Counted from the stretch's first letter, positions 1-16,208 are shown. The stretch: 64,000 nt of DNA from Eledone cirrhosa (GCA_964016885.1 OZ024741.1:30690001-30754000); one strand, 5' to 3'. Made by a program: numbers and translations. The notes: generated from the letters alone by a model not told the origin.

Positions 1-694
1 TGCCTTCATATTCGTATAGTAGTACATTTATAGGCGTTACAGATTTACCACCAACAGAACTACTGAATACACTAATTGTTTAAGAAATATATATCATGTG
101 ATCTAATCACTGTATTAGAATGAATGTAGAGTCGCATGAAGCCAGACAATTACGTATATCAATTAAACTGCTCTCTTAGTAGCATAACTATCCTCTAGAA
201 TTTGATGAGAATAACGGAAAGCTTCCTTTATTGCAAACTAAACAACGAGATATTATAGAAATACTTAGGACCATTAACATAAAAAATATCAACAATTTAA
301 ATCAGAATGAAGCTACACGTTCTCCTCACTCAATGACATATTTCTAAAAGCATATTTATCGTAACGAGCTAAATGAGCACTCACCTATAGAAAATACTAT
401 GTATCTATGAGCTTGTGGAGATAAATAGGTTTTAAATGATCACACTTTATATAACTACTCTATGTTTACTTCTATTGCTTTAGAAATAGATTCATCTATA
501 TTTCTGAATCGAGTGCTAAGTAATATTAAATATTGTTGTTGTTATGTATTAAAATTGATACGATATATATGATCTCAATTGAAATGTCTCTTGGAAGAAA
601 TTATACATTCAAAACATCGAATAAACAAAATATACTCTATTAATGTATTCGTACCTCTTTCTTTAAAAGATAGCGATTATTTTAATTATATATA

Positions 695-747
<53 letters not shown>

Positions 748-995
748 ATAATAATAAATTTGAAGACTAAAATCCAAAGAGGGCTCGATAAGGCCAGCGA
801 ACGTTTCCACGAACCAAAATATCGTCTTACTGTCTTCCTCCGGTTGCAACGTTTTTTGAAATATCCAGTTCTGCGTTTACAGATTGACTTTGTTAGTTTC
901 AGGAGATCCCGTTAAGGGTGAAAGCAGCGATTCCTTGCTTAAACTTTAATCTGTTATTTTAATAAATATATATATATATATATATATACATAAGT

Positions 996-1210
996 GAAGG
1001 CGTGTGGCTGAGTGGTTAAGGAATTGGATTCGCAAGCGTAAGGTTGTGAGTTCGATTCCTGGACCAGGTGATGCGTTATGTCCTTGAGCAAGACACTTTA
1101 TTTCACGTTGCTCCTTCTACCTGGAGTTGCGACCGATAGATTGTATTAGCAAGTGGAAAGACCAACGGAAACATTGTTCCCTCGGTCCGATTTGACGAAA
1201 GTCGATCGTT
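996..1210 (+). mobile_element. tRNA-derived SINE, family A (CORE-like central domain)
   Basis: A-box TGGCTGAGTGG, B-box GAGTTCGATTCC, then GTCCTTGAGCAAGACACTT (MIR/CORE-like). Similar copies at 13269, 22566 and 37749. Confidence 0.8.
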
Positions 1211-1399
1211 AAAAAAAAAAAATATATATATATACATAATTATATACATAATATATATATACACAGAGAGAGAGATAGAATGAGAGAGAGAGAGAGAGAG
1301 AGAGAATGAGAAGAAATTTGTAGTTTACTTGAAGCATTGAATGGTTTAAAGAATTCGAAGTTTGAAAGCTACGACTAAGCGGGTTGGACAGAAAATAAT

Positions 1400-2760
1400 T
1401 AAGTCGTAAGAAAGAAGGGCTGGTTTTTTACCTTAATTTATTCATATGTCCTGATATTTCGAGATTGATATCTCTTCTTCCGAGGAAAATAAAGGAATTA
1501 TTCCAGTGTCAGATATTCTGAAAACTGGAAAATCTGTGCCGGCGCATTTTCCTGTATTTCTACTTATTGGATCTTTCTTTTATTTCTATTTTTAAATATC
1601 AACAAATATATATATATATTTCAAAATGCTCAAATATATTTCTGGGGTTAAAATTTCATAAAGATAATAAAGAGTTTATTATTTAGTGAATTATATAAAA
1701 TAAGAATATATTGGAAAGTAATATACATTCTATAAATGAGAGGGAAAGGAGGAAAAGAGCAAGGACTGTTACACGAGAAAAGAAAAAAGAAAGTGGGAAG
1801 AGGAGAGGGTGACATATTCTACACCTAAGAGAGCCCCGTGTTTCGCTGCGCTCCGTGGATAAAGTTGGCAGAGACATTTCCCCCCACAATGGCCATCGAT
1901 ACCATCCGCTACAGCCATCCCACCTCGCGGTGTTTCTTCCTCAGACAGGTTGCTGTAATTCCAATCTTACGAGGTCAAAGGATGCATCGACGGTGACCGC
2001 TGTAATATATCTTGGATTCTCTGTCGTTGGATGGTTATCGGTTTTCATATATGTTTTGTAGATTATTCCCAGTTATCGGATGGAATTTCCCCCACATCCG
2101 CAGCATGTTGAGAAATAAAGGGTATTACAAAATGAATATGTGAAACTATTTTTAAAGTTTAAATGTTACACCATCTTTGAAGCGGAATTCCTAGTCTTTC
2201 ACCATATATTCACAATTCCGTAATCAGGATTTCCACGCTTTATACTTGTGGATTGTGAATCTGGGAATCTTTGCACGTGTACATAATTTGTTTGGTTCGT
2301 TTTTTCAAATCTCTTGTATGCCCTTTACTCTTTATAATTTGTTGCATCCCTAAGATGTTTTTTTTCATTTTACTATCAATATGCAAAATGGATAGTTTTC
2401 TATGAATGTCATTATAGATTTAGCTATTCCTCAGATTCTATGTTGTAAATATAAGTGTGCTTTTCTTTTCGGTTTATTTTTATCTTTCATCTGGAATATT
2501 ACAATTTTTCGTTCTTTCTATTCTACGTTTCTATAAACTGGCGAGAAAGTTTCGAGGTTTAAGATATTTTGTAATTCTATCATCATTGTGGATTCGGACC
2601 GGAAACATTTATGCACATTTGTTTCACAAGCGTAAAAGCATTATGTAATCTTGTACGAAGGGGTGCTGAAATAATTTCCAATTTCATTTCATGTCGGTAT
2701 AAAACATTGCCTCCAAATATTTTGTTTTTGTGGTAGTAACCCATAGTAACCCATATCTAA
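1400..2760 (-). mobile_element. Degenerate Penelope-like element 3' part (GIY-YIG relic plus 3' terminal region)
   Basis: Minus-strand translation near 2000-2130 gives NTLYFSTCCGCGGNSIR*LG, resembling the YCITCxxCxxxYVGQTG motif of the element at 55.7 kb. An HHR motif and AATAAA lie downstream. Confidence 0.45.
1449..1486 (-). ncRNA. Minimal type-I hammerhead ribozyme-like motif (core CGGAAGA)
   Basis: Minus strand: tcct-CGGAAGA-a-gagat(atca)atctc-GAAA-ta-TC-agga. Stems I and II pair perfectly; U4 is replaced by G. Confidence 0.55.
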
Positions 2761-4570
2761 ATTGACATATGTCTGGTGCTACTTTAGTACTCGTGACGGA
2801 AATTTGACGGGATGTAAGTTTATCGACCGCAAAATATATGTTTTGTAGTATAAACACAAAACATTCAATAATAAAATTTGTTTCAATAGTGTTTTCTGAT
2901 TTAGGCAGAAGGTCAACAATTTTTGGGGAGGAGAAAGTCGATATTTTGTCAACCCCGTAAGGATGAAAGTCAAAATTAACCTCGGTGATGTTTTAATTCT
3001 GAGGGAAAAGCCCCGTAAATTCATGTCGCGGGGCGTGCTGTTCGACGCTCTAACGATACTGCCAATATCCCGCCCTTTGTTTTAATAAGGCCTGTAAATC
3101 AAACCGTTACTTGTTGAGACACTATTTTGGATATTAGCTTATAAACTAATCACATGTAACGAAAGAATATTTCTTTCTACTCTTTCTGCTAATTGATTGA
3201 GCATATTGTTATCCTCTCAAATAAAGCTTGGTTCATATTTCAGAAATTGTTTTAATAGAAGTAGGAAGTAATTGCTGAGACACTGTGTGTAATATATTGA
3301 ACTTGAGAGAATAATTCTCAATTTCAAGTCTTGTGGTAAAGATAATTCGGTTTAGATTTTTTTGCATACTTCGCTTAAGTATATATTAGACAGGCTGGAG
3401 GGAAGGAGCCACACTAAACCATAATTATTAGAGGAATAATGCACAATGAGAAAAAGAGAAAAAGATCCACTATAGGATGGCATAGTGTACGTGTAATATC
3501 TGGGGAGGAACTTGAATTAAGCCAACAGTGTTTCATACTCGACGCTGAACGTCATAACGGTTCAAGATTGAAATATGTAATTAAGTGAAATACTGAAAGA
3601 TACATTGACCTGTAGCGTCAGATGCATGTGTCAATCGTAATTGAAACTCGTTATGAAGGAGTTCGTTATCAGTGCTAGGATTCAAGCCACATAATGCTAA
3701 CTCATGCTGCTAGTTCTCAATACACAGGAAAATATGCAACTTTAAACCTAAAAGATACGGTTACATCGAATGGAAGTGTAAGAAGCGAAGCCAATATCTT
3801 CTCTGCAATAAGCAAATTTGTATTTGAACAATGAATTTAAGATAACTATCGCTGGAAGGCAAGTGGGGAGGGGCGTGTAACAATTAGAATATGAAAAAGA
3901 AGCATTCAATGTGGTTTCTTTGTCGTAACAGACCTCAAACAAGTGTACACAGAAGAGGAGATACTGGTAAAATCGTGAGCAGGTATAAGTTAATCATAAA
4001 GAATCCACAGGAAAGTCGATGTATTGCAGTTCAGCTAAGCGTTCGGATATTAATTTCCAATGAATTAGAAAAGGTAATTGTTGATAGAAAGCCACATATT
4101 AATAGGATTCTGCAAACAAGCATTAGAGCGGTTCCAGAAACATCGATAATAATTGAATATAACTCTGTCAAGACAGAAACAAAGCTCAAATTCATTAAGA
4201 AAGGTTAAGTGCTGTCATCTACTGCATCACAAAATACAATATGACAGTGACCGTGTGTGGTGTAGTCTAGTGGTTAGGACCACATACATGAATGTGTGTC
4301 TTTGAAACATATACACATACACAAGGTAGAAGACAAAAGAACCAAACTCCCATTTTCACTGCAACCGTCTCTCCCGCTCTCCCCACCATCTCTCACTATT
4401 ATGAGCAAATGGGGGGGGGGGCACGCTTTGGCCGCCTCGTGAACTCACACCCGAGAGCAGCCAACTCTGTGCCCATGATGGTGAGTCGGGGACTTCAACA
4501 CACACCTTAGGAATGGTATTGCATTACACACATACCATGAAACCAATAATATATATATATATATATATAT

Positions 4571-4760
4571 ATAACGAAGGATATGTGGTAAGGAACCAAG
4601 TGGACCATAACGCACCAAAGTACTCAATACTTAGGGTAGTAGAGTGGGTAATAGGAACGAGTAGGACCCCGACGGCTGAGCTCAAGCCGTTTCGACGGCT
4701 ACTTCCAGAATTAGCCGTCGAAACGGCTTGAGCTCAGCCGTCGGGGTCCTACTCGTTCCT
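4571..4760. repeat. Short foldback copy of HHR family F (3' half of the ribozyme) in (TA)n
   Basis: 4655-4699 is the inverted repeat of 4713-4760 and contains GAAA-CGGCT(TGAGCTC)AGCCG-TC-gggg. Same family as 34220-35530, 46425-46530 and 56818-56998. Confidence 0.8.
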
Positions 4761-5279
4761 ATATATATATATATATATATATATATACGGATATCTCCTA
4801 AACAAACATGCACAGGAATGCAACCCACCCAACACTAATGTCTGATATGAAAAGAGGAGAGGAAATATCTGGATGTATATATATATCTTTTATGAATGGT
4901 TGTATGTCTCAGACTGACTGCATCCTAATCAATAGGAATTAGAGAAATTCTGTTAAAGCCGTAGACATTTATCTTCTTTAGTTATCTTGGATTTGATCAT
5001 TGAAAACTAACGGCTATGACCAAGCTGAATCTACGCAAACCTGAAAGTCAACCAAACAAACTCATCTATGACTAGTGTGTTCTAAATGATTCAGACTTGC
5101 AAGAGTGCTACATAGTGACAGTCTCCAGAAGATATAAAGTATTGTCGGATCCAGGGGATGATATTTCAATGAAGTATGAGAGGAAAGAAGATAGACGGGA
5201 GGACATAGCTAGTGAGAGGCATATTGATGCAGCTAGAAAAAAGGTACACAACGCTTTATGAAAACGCCAGACAATACTG

Positions 5280-5600
5280 AGCTCAGGAAATCAAAGTAAG
5301 ACACAAGTAGAAAAGATGAATCTAACAAAAGAACAAAGAACAGAGTGAAATACGCAAAGACGTAGACGTCACACTCGAAATACAGACATGATCAAATTTG
5401 GATGTTGATCAACGAGTTTTCCAGTAGAAAAGGGTAATAATATAAAGCTGAGGAAGAAATCAGAAATATAAGATGAAGACAAGGACATATTTTTTGTCTG
5501 AAATATCTGGAAATCAACGAATAAGCTTTCACAATGCCAGTAGATTTAAAAGAATAGAGAAGTCTATGTGATGTGAAAACTGCTGGACCTGACGTCATGA
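5280..5600 (+). mobile_element. Highly decayed RTE-like LINE ORF relic
   Basis: Broken plus-frame translation includes QIWMLINEFSSRKG and KTAGPDV, which resembles the pre-RT K-x-x-GPD motif. Confidence 0.3.
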
Positions 5601-5628
5601 AACTAAAAATCAGAAATAGATGTAATAT

Positions 5629-5632
<4 letters not shown>

Positions 5633-5702
<70 letters not shown>

Positions 5703-5703
5703 G
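5633..5703. repeat. (GA)n microsatellite
   Basis: Direct reading. Confidence 0.95.
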
Positions 5704-6803
5704 TATATATAATAACTATCTTTAAGCATGGATATGTGTGTGAGTCTGAGTCATTTCTGCGCTAGTATCTGCTATACACAAGATATAAGTATTTGAATAA
5801 AATACATTTTCTTCTGCTTATCATTAACGACTTCTCACTAACGACTCTGCCACATCATATATCTATCAAAGCTCCATAAATATTAGTTTGACAATTCTCT
5901 AATTCTCTTTTCTAATCACTCTCATTCCTGCTTGCTGTTACGTTTCATCTATATGTAGTTATGTTATGATTGATTTATTTCAGAGCCAATATCTAATTTC
6001 ATGTTTTCAGTAAAGGCTGCACTTCTTAGAATAGCTTTGCTCCACTTCTACAGTACATATTTTGATATCAGTGCTAAATTGATGTGATATGATAAATATG
6101 TGCTCAAACTCTGTTATCTCTTGTGTGCAATTCTAATTGAACCGTATCCATAATGTTTACAAGGATCAGTTGATAGCTTTAACACTCGAGAGAGGAGTAC
6201 GTGTATAAGAAATATCTCTGAAATATTCAAAATTCTAAAAGTGAGAGAAGGGAGAGGAATGATATATATCATCTCTTTATCATGCAAGGTTATTGATACT
6301 TTATATGGTGCTATTGTTTAATATCTCGGTAATTAATTTGCTTTGTTTGTATCATTGATATCGAGTAGTGTGAAAGGCTTTATCGATCATTAATCCATGC
6401 CTTGATTTAATTCAAAACTCATACAAAATATATTGGCAAATCTCACCCATGCGTAGCATTTCTCGGAACAATACGTGACACTGTATCATAATTAACCACA
6501 CTAGCTTAAACAAGCGTATTTTGAGAGGTAGCACCAAAGCAAATTTCCAAATGTTGCAAGAACTTCACAGTGGCACTAATGTTGACTTTCATATAATTTC
6601 GAAAGTAGCAATGTGCACCTAGTTTCAAGAAGGGAGGTTTTCATGCATTTCTAAAGCCATTAATCATAACGGAAATAATCCATAATAAAGTTTGGTAACT
6701 GCGCCAATTAGAAGAATACGCTTAATTCTGAATTAGTTTTTCAAATGAAACACTTTAAATTTTTTTTAATTAAAGCTATTCACATTAACAATCTCGAGCG
6801 TAT

Positions 6804-7020
6804 TTAACACTTTAGCATTTAAACCAGCCGTATCCGGTCAGAATTCTCTCAATTATTTCTGTTCAGACCGGCTGTAACTGGCAATTCATACTAATGTAAT
6901 GGTATTGTTTTCGAAATAAATGATATCAAAATCTTATAGATTCGATATTATGTGTAGTATCGAGCCTTTGCCATGAAATTATAATATTATATATAGAATA
7001 ATGTAACTGCTAAGGGTTAA
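6804..7020. mobile_element. piggyBac-like MITE
   Basis: TTAA-CACTTTAGCA...TGCTAAGGG-TTAA: TTAA flanks and imperfect TIRs resembling CCCTT(T)AGCA; no coding capacity. Confidence 0.5.
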
Positions 7021-7809
7021 CTGAAATTGCCATCAATAAAAATATACACGGTACAGATTGATATTCTATCTACAGGATAAATATATTGCCTTCCCTTGAA
7101 TGTTCTCCAAATTTGGAAGTAAAGTATGGAGGCAAGTGTAAAAGCCAGCCTCGCTATCTTCAATTCAGTATTCGTCTCAACCCTTATCCATAAATTTTGG
7201 GTAATTTTGGGAAAGAATACGATCGCGAATAAAAGCAGCCTAAATGGGTTCCTCTGAAGGGTAAAGTTACTCGATATAGTGCGTAGCTCGGAGATCAGAG
7301 GTAGAGTCGCTACTTCTCCAAATGAGATATCACAGCTCTGAAACTAAGGTCATGTGGCTAGACTATCTTAGCAAAAAAACTAATGGTCATATTTTACGGG
7401 TAAAGTTCAACCGCCAGGAGACCCAGATGTACACCATGAGCAAGATAGTTGGATAACATGAACTTGACTAGTCTCGCTCGGGGGTCAAGCACTTGGAGTT
7501 GGTTGCTTCTGAATGAATCTGAGTTTAAAGACGCTGCACCAACGACATTCTCAGGAATATTTGGGGGAAGAAGAAAACAATTTTTATTCTAGCATTATTT
7601 TACTCATTTTGGTTGTTGAAGGAAGGGAGGCCATGGTGGGACATAAACTGGGAGTATTGAGTTGATCACAAAGAATTTGATTATATCGGAGCCTGATACT
7701 TATTTTATCCGTCTCTATTTGTCGATCCACTTGGATATCGACGCATACACACACACACATACACACACATATATATATGTATCATATATCGATAGAATCT
7801 ATTTGTGTG

Positions 7810-7849
<40 letters not shown>

Positions 7850-9937
7850 TGTACAAATATATATACAAATAAATAAATATACAAATAAATTCTATCGATA
7901 TATAAAACTATCAAGTTGACCATAACGCCTCCATGTAAACTTTATGCTAAAATATCCAAAACAAAGGGCACCCAAACAGATATTGCTATGAATACAGCAT
8001 CATTAATATCTCACATGAAAAGCATATAACAAAGTAGAGCAATAAAATATTACGTCCATTACATTAGAGATATGTAGATCTTATATATATACATAATACA
8101 TGGTGGCTGCCAACTCGTTTTCGAGTACGGCCACTACTTTATATCCATATAGGAGAACCCCTACCGATGCACTGAACGAGTGTGACCTTTTAGTCCAGCC
8201 AGCGACTTGAAAACTCTGGTACAAACACCACACCTGTGACAAATATTGACACATAGTGCTGGGGTCATGGTACCCTGTGACGACAAGTGCAGAGAGATCT
8301 CCTGATATAAAGCAATGCCTGTGCCGTGAAGCTTTTATAGTGAGCAAAGGCACTGCACAAAGCCAGTCCCACTCTCTTAACCAAGATGATATTTACCAAA
8401 AAGAAGAACAAGTCAACATCATTGGATACCATCAGAGTTGCAGGTGTTATATCAGAGTTTTCCTTCTCCTAGAATTCTGCCTTGACAAAGGCTAAGGGGT
8501 CATCTCTCCCGGTGATTTTGGATGGCCATTGACTCTTAAGAGCTCCTTTGCCCTTTGACAGGTCTTGTTTTTAGTCCTGCAGGATGTCCAAAGTCACCCT
8601 CCTCACCAAGAAACCTTGGTGGGGTTGCCAGTTTAGTCGCCAACGACCCGACCATGGGACAGGTTGTACTGGGATACATGTTACCAGTAGCACCAACTGG
8701 TGACCTGACATAATACATACATATATATATAAATATATATATATATGTGTGTGTGCGCGTGTGTGTGTGTTGGTGGGTGTTCTTTAGAAAATGTAGGAAT
8801 ATCAAACGCAGAAAATATCTCTAACAGTCGTTTGCTATAAATATTCGCTTAGAAATCAGGTAAAAGTAACTCTATGGGAAAATGCGGCTGAGTCTTTCGC
8901 CCATTCGGTGAAGTTTTGCTTCTAATTTTCAAAAATCATCAGCTATGTATACATATATATATTAAACACAGCGAAGGCCATATACTGTAGTGTGTAATTT
9001 TATTTCTAAACCCATGATATATTTTTCGCTGTGGTCGACGACTGGGTAGTGGTTTTTCTACGCTATATCACGGTCCGAGCTCGTTAAAGACTATAACAAA
9101 TTTAAATAAACATCCTCAAAATTTCAATATTTTTCATGATACGAGTGGCTGACGAAGGGGCGTCCCTTTATGGTCCCTAGCTTTGTAAGCACTAGGATGG
9201 AAGTTGTGGTCTGTCTCCCATCTCGCATCACTTCAAAGTTTTAGCAAGTCATAATCATGGGGACGAATTCTGCATATCACCAATCTCACCCCCGCCTCTC
9301 TATCGGGTAGTGGTGGTTATAGTAAAACCCAAAGATGTATCCATTTTCATTCTACTAGGTTACTTACTGGTAATACTACACCACCGTATACAGATATACA
9401 TACATATGTGTATGTTTGCATGAATGTGCGCGCCCATATAAAAGACGATGGCTGTGGGGATATTTGTCAAATCATTTAACAACTTCATGTGGCCTATTAT
9501 CACATTAGCGTAACGTTCTCTATGCCAAATATTGAGAAAGAACTTTGATCAATATCGACCTCTCAAACATTTCTCATCAAAAATACATCGCATTCCGCTC
9601 TTCCTGCCTAAGCTTGCAAAAAACGGAAAAATAAATTACTTGAAATATATGATGAATCTATTTATCAGTTTCTTTCGTGGTTTTGTATATATTTGTTGTA
9701 GCACGTTTTTGTTTGTTCGATAATCACTTCTACATGTGTAATCTTAGAATTAGCAACGAACTGTGTGTTTCGTTTTTAATGAAATCAAACAATCGGATGT
9801 AGAGCAAAGATCCTTTTGAAATTTATTTTACATTTCAGACTGTATAAGTTTGAAAATGGCGCTTATTCTATAAAACAATATTCTGATACCATTTAGGTAA
9901 AGAATAGAATTCGTTTTCTGTATATTAATATCAACTC

Positions 9938-11496
<1,559 letters not shown>

Positions 11497-12599
11497 ATAT
11501 ATATGTTTTTTTTGTCTGTGAGTGTATAAATCAGAAAGAGATAGTGAGATTTGGAATGAGAATAAAGTAAAATTCAGAATATAAACAAGCAAAGAGTAAA
11601 AGAAGTATTTGAAAATTATATAGAGAAATATCGTATTGGAGAGATAACACCCAACAGAGGGATAATGTAAAATATGGCCGCCTGAAAACAAAAATAGTTG
11701 CAGATTACTGATTTGTTTTTCTGTTTACCTCCCTTTTTATATAATGAAAAATATAATGAAGCGGAACAATGGGGAAGATTTAACCAAAACAAACAGCAGA
11801 GACATTCCAATCAAACATAAAAGAAAAGAGGAAAAAATATGGAAGAAAAAAAAATATGTTCAATGATGAATGATTTCAATAATAAGAAAACTATATTGAA
11901 ACGAAATAATGAATGGAGCTATATTTCTTCTTTTTTTTTTATAGGGTGGGGAGAGAGGATTTATCATTAAATTAAACCATTCTATAAGGTTTGATTTAAA
12001 AGATAACATTGATTGGGAGTATTTCCTGATATTAAATTTAGTCTTTTAAATTAGATTGTTTTAGATTTTTTGTAATTTACCAGTTTTCTGATGATATTTA
12101 CTTTCAAAATCTATTTACTATTAACGTTTGATAAAATCCCTGTGTTTATGCAGGCCTACAGAATTTAGATCACATATACATATAGATATGATCATCATGC
12201 GTTAGTATTCGTACATCTAGAAATATTTAAAGCTATACATACGCTGATCCACTGATATAAGATTTGTTATCATAAATTTTGGAAATGTTATTAAACACAT
12301 ACCTATATATCTTTCTCTATGCGTATTCATGTCCATGCATAAAATATGTCTCTTTGCGTATGTATAAAAGCCAAACTATATATATTATTGACAGGAATAA
12401 AGATTTCGTAAGTAAGTCTGAAGAGAGTAATTCTTCGTGAAATAGTTGAGATATTTCAACAAAGTGCTCAATGGAATAACATGAGTGACAGTATCTCGCA
12501 ATACACTGGGGGGCAAATATGAAAGCCACCAATACATTTTTAAATGGTTTCTTAAAGGAAACACAATTAGGTGCTGTGTTCAGATCTCTCAATTTTCAA

Positions 12600-12760
12600 C
12601 AGATTCGAATTGTGGGATCCAGATTTCTAACCTCCAAGGTACATGAGTGGGATCGTCCAGGACGCAAGGATACTGGCTCAACGATCTCAGACCAGTAGAG
12701 ATATATGTGAATGCCGTCAGCGAGATCAGGATTTCCGAGACACCGGTACAAGCCCCAATG
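12600..12760 (+). mobile_element. Tx1-like LINE AP-endonuclease N-terminal fragment
   Basis: Translates SSRTQGYWLNDLRPVEIYVNAVSEIRISET, matching SSWKQGHLLNDLRSLNIDVVAISETRISEA in ORF 59956..60507. Confidence 0.6.
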
Positions 12761-13268
12761 TTCGAATACTTTGAAATCCACGTGCCTGTTACTTGGCGTG
12801 GAATATGAGGCGGAGCGATCCGGTCATGACTGCCTGCCTTTCTCTCTCACACTCCATACAAACACCGTACATCTTAAATGCCCCTTCTACGACTTTTCAG
12901 CTTCTTTCATTCAAGTCCATCCACCACCTCCATATTCTATCGACATATCCTCTCCTCTTTTAGACTAGTCCCAGTCTGTGCAATCTCGTAATCAGCCACG
13001 CTTCCAATTCATATAATACCCAACGCGGATACATCTCTTACTTCCAGTGCACGTTTCAAAGGATGCTCATTCAACCACAACGCTGCCACCATCCCTCAAC
13101 CCAAACAACACCCACTCGTTATCATTGACCCCTTCATCCATACAACCAGTAGAAGTTCCATTTATTGTATTAAATTACATAACTGTGGCTTCATTGAAGA
13201 GACGATATTAGCTGATCATGTCACTGACCAGCTACAAAATAACTGCTAATATAATACCTTCTCTCTGT

Positions 13269-13400
13269 GAAGGCACATGGCTTAGTGGTTAGGGCGTTGC
13301 GCTGGTGAGTTCAATTCTCGGACCGGGTGATGTGTTGTTTCCTTAAGTAAGACACTTTCTTTCACGTTGCTCCCGTTTACTCAGCTGTAGAAATTTGATG
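13269..13400 (+). mobile_element. SINE family A, partial
   Basis: gaaggcacatggcttagtggttagg...gagttcaattctcggaccgggtgatg...gacactttctttcacgttgctcc. Confidence 0.7.
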
Positions 13401-14022
13401 ATAGGACTGGGGTCCCTATCATTAAATCACTCAAGACACGTCCAACGAGATATACCTTGGTGGAGGCCAGCTAAACCTGCATAGGTGTGAGCTGTCACAC
13501 ACGCACACATAATACCTTCACTGTTGTTTGTCACTTCAAATACCCAGCTCACGCTCTTCCAGCTTCTCAGTTTCTCCTGTTCTTTTACACACCAGCAACC
13601 CTGTTTCCCGCCATGACAAGGAACTACATCTCGTTTTCTACCTTGGCTGCTATTTACTTTCGCATGAAGAGACTAGTGATATTTCACAATCTGCGCCATA
13701 ACATCCTTTCATATCAAAACTTAACAAGACACACATTTTCATTCCACAGACTACCACGACTCATCATTTCGTTTTGCAGCCTACCACGAATCATTGTTTC
13801 ACTCTCTAGGTTACAAATATAGAGCTCACAGACTACATACATAAAACTTTCATATTCATACGTCCATATAGAATACATATATCCAACACAAACGCATATA
13901 TTTACAGACTCCATACATACTCATAAACGTAGATGTACGCATATATGATACAAAGCCATTTTGTTAATTGTATGGACTTACTTGTAGACCTCTACACACC
14001 CAGATTCCATATTTACATATTT

Positions 14023-14109
<87 letters not shown>

Positions 14110-14148
14110 AGAGGGTGTTAAAGTTTGCTTGAAGCATGGGGAAATGTG

Positions 14149-14746
14149 TAAAATACGTATTTAAGAAAGCCACAACAATGCAGAGGGAAATCTCGAGGTA
14201 GGAAGTGAAAGATAGATAGGAAAAAAACAGGTGAAAGTGACAATTGAGAGAGACAAAGATGAAAACAAAACAAAGGTAGAAGGGTTACCGTAGTAGAGAT
14301 TTAATCCCAATATTTCGGGCTCACGCCCATCAACGGGGGAAAGTTCCAAAAGGGGGGGGAACAGGCCAAGCGGAGAAAGTTGTGATGTCGTTAAGACAGG
14401 AATGCCGTTATGGGGAGAAAATTATTTAAAATTTTAAATAATTTTAAATAATTTTAAATAATTTTAAATAATTTTAAATAATTTTCTCCCCATAACGGCA
14501 TTCCTGTCTTAACGACATCACAACTTTCTCCGCTTGGCCTGTTCCCCCCCTTTTGGAACATTCCCCCGTTGATGGGCGTGAGCCCGAAATATTGGGATTA
14601 AATCTCTACTACGGTAACCCTTCTACCTTTGTTTTGTTTTCATCTTTGTCTCTCTCAATTTTCACTTTCACCTGTTTTTTTCCTATCTATCTTTCACTTC
14701 CTACCTCGAGATTTCCCTCTGCATTGTTGTGGCTTTCTTAAATACG

Positions 14747-14753
<7 letters not shown>
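14149..14753. repeat. Foldback element with ~280-bp inverted arms around a (TTTTAAATAA)n centre; HHR-like motif in each arm
   Basis: 14149-14430 is the reverse complement of about 14470-14753 with few mismatches (mirror ORFs 14161..14349- and 14553..14741+). Flanked by TA runs. Confidence 0.9.
14562..14597 (+). ncRNA. Minimal hammerhead-like motif with variant core CCGUUGA (mirror copy 14305-14340, minus strand)
   Basis: tccc-CCGTTGA-t-gggc(gtga)gccc-GAAA-ta-TT-ggga. Stems I and II are perfect, with a GNRA loop on stem II; two core substitutions. Confidence 0.5.
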
Positions 14754-14777
<24 letters not shown>

Positions 14778-14837
14778 CGTATATATTATATATATAGAGA
14801 GACTCAAATATTCTTGGTTGTATGCGTATGTATATAA

Positions 14838-14930
<93 letters not shown>

Positions 14931-15049
14931 AGGAAAGAAGATTGACATGGTTTGCTATACAAAAAAGGTTTTTAATCTCATTGCTGACAATTGTTTCTCT
15001 GAACTGGTAGGTCTAGAGATCGCTATTCGCTTGTTTTCACGTTACTCGA

Positions 15050-15353
15050 TCGCCAATACAAAATTATAACCAGTCAGTTCACTCGATGAAAAACCGTGAG
15101 CTTATGGGTTCCACAACCCTCGCCAAAAAAAATATGGGAACTGAAGGACAACAACACTAACTACAGTATTAACTGGTCGCAGTTGTCGGCTGCTAAAACC
15201 TATAGTACATGTATGTTCCACTGCGGGCTATGTGATCTAGAACTAATGTGTATCCTCAAAAATGTAAAAAGGCTACTTAACAATAAGTTAGAAAGATCTA
15301 TCTTCTGCAGACATAGAATTGCCACTAAATTCATAAGATTCACACCTCCGTGA
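15050..15353 (+). mobile_element. PLE GIY-YIG endonuclease C-terminal relic
   Basis: KKIWELKDNNTNYSINW...CGLCDLE...LLNNKLE...CRHR, similar to the C-termini at 17.9-18.1 kb and 28.9-29.1 kb. Confidence 0.65.
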
Positions 15354-15704
15354 ATCGAACCAACATAACATAGCTTTAAACTAGGATACCGACTACCCTG
15401 AATAAATCACCACAGAAATATACTCATTAAGTACACTCTAGCCTTCACAGTTCTATACCACACAAATGTCTGTAAGTACCTCATCAACCCATAAACTTAT
15501 TCCTTCTCAGCTGCTGCCATCACTTGATCCTAAATCCAAGAATTTCTCAAATCACTACTACAATGTAACTTTACCTTCCTTTTGCCATAATTACAGTCAG
15601 CATCTTTATCTCTTTGCATGTATGTATGTATTTGTACGAGTGTATATTGATGTGTATGTATATGTCTATGTACATGTGCGTGTGTATATATATATGTGTG
15701 TGTA

Positions 15705-15737
<33 letters not shown>

Positions 15738-16208
15738 TGCCTCCTTAACCTCTGTATTAACTTTCCCATTATTTAGCTTTGACAGTGTTGTCCCATACAT
15801 GTATGTTATTGAAGTTGAAAAGAAAGACTGTATTCTCATCTAATGTAGGCCACACAAATTCTACTCAATGATAAATACTTCCTCGGTCAGATAAATACTG
15901 AACATTACGGCCACCTGACCTACATTGTTGATAAACACCGGCTTATCTTTAACATTGATATAATACACCCTACGACACTCCTTACATGTTAACCTTATAC
16001 TTCTGCTTCATGTCAGCTAGTTTTACACGCCGAAATCTTAGATACACTATACCCATCACCTAATGTAATGTCAGGGTCTCCTGAAATAGTTTATTACTAG
16101 CATTGTTGTAATTGTTGTTATTGTTCTAACTGAATACCATTACTACTTCATATAGTAGCCTGTATATTCCTTCCATGCCTGTATATCCTCTTCATTCTCG
16201 CATGCTCG

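Noticed and set aside
823-866. actg...GAAATATC-cagt resembling an HHR 3' half
   Set aside because: No core or stem II present.
8420-8705. GC-richer structured segments that might be an RTE 5' UTR or HDV-like ribozyme
   Set aside because: Could not assemble a convincing nested double pseudoknot by eye; needs an Infernal search.
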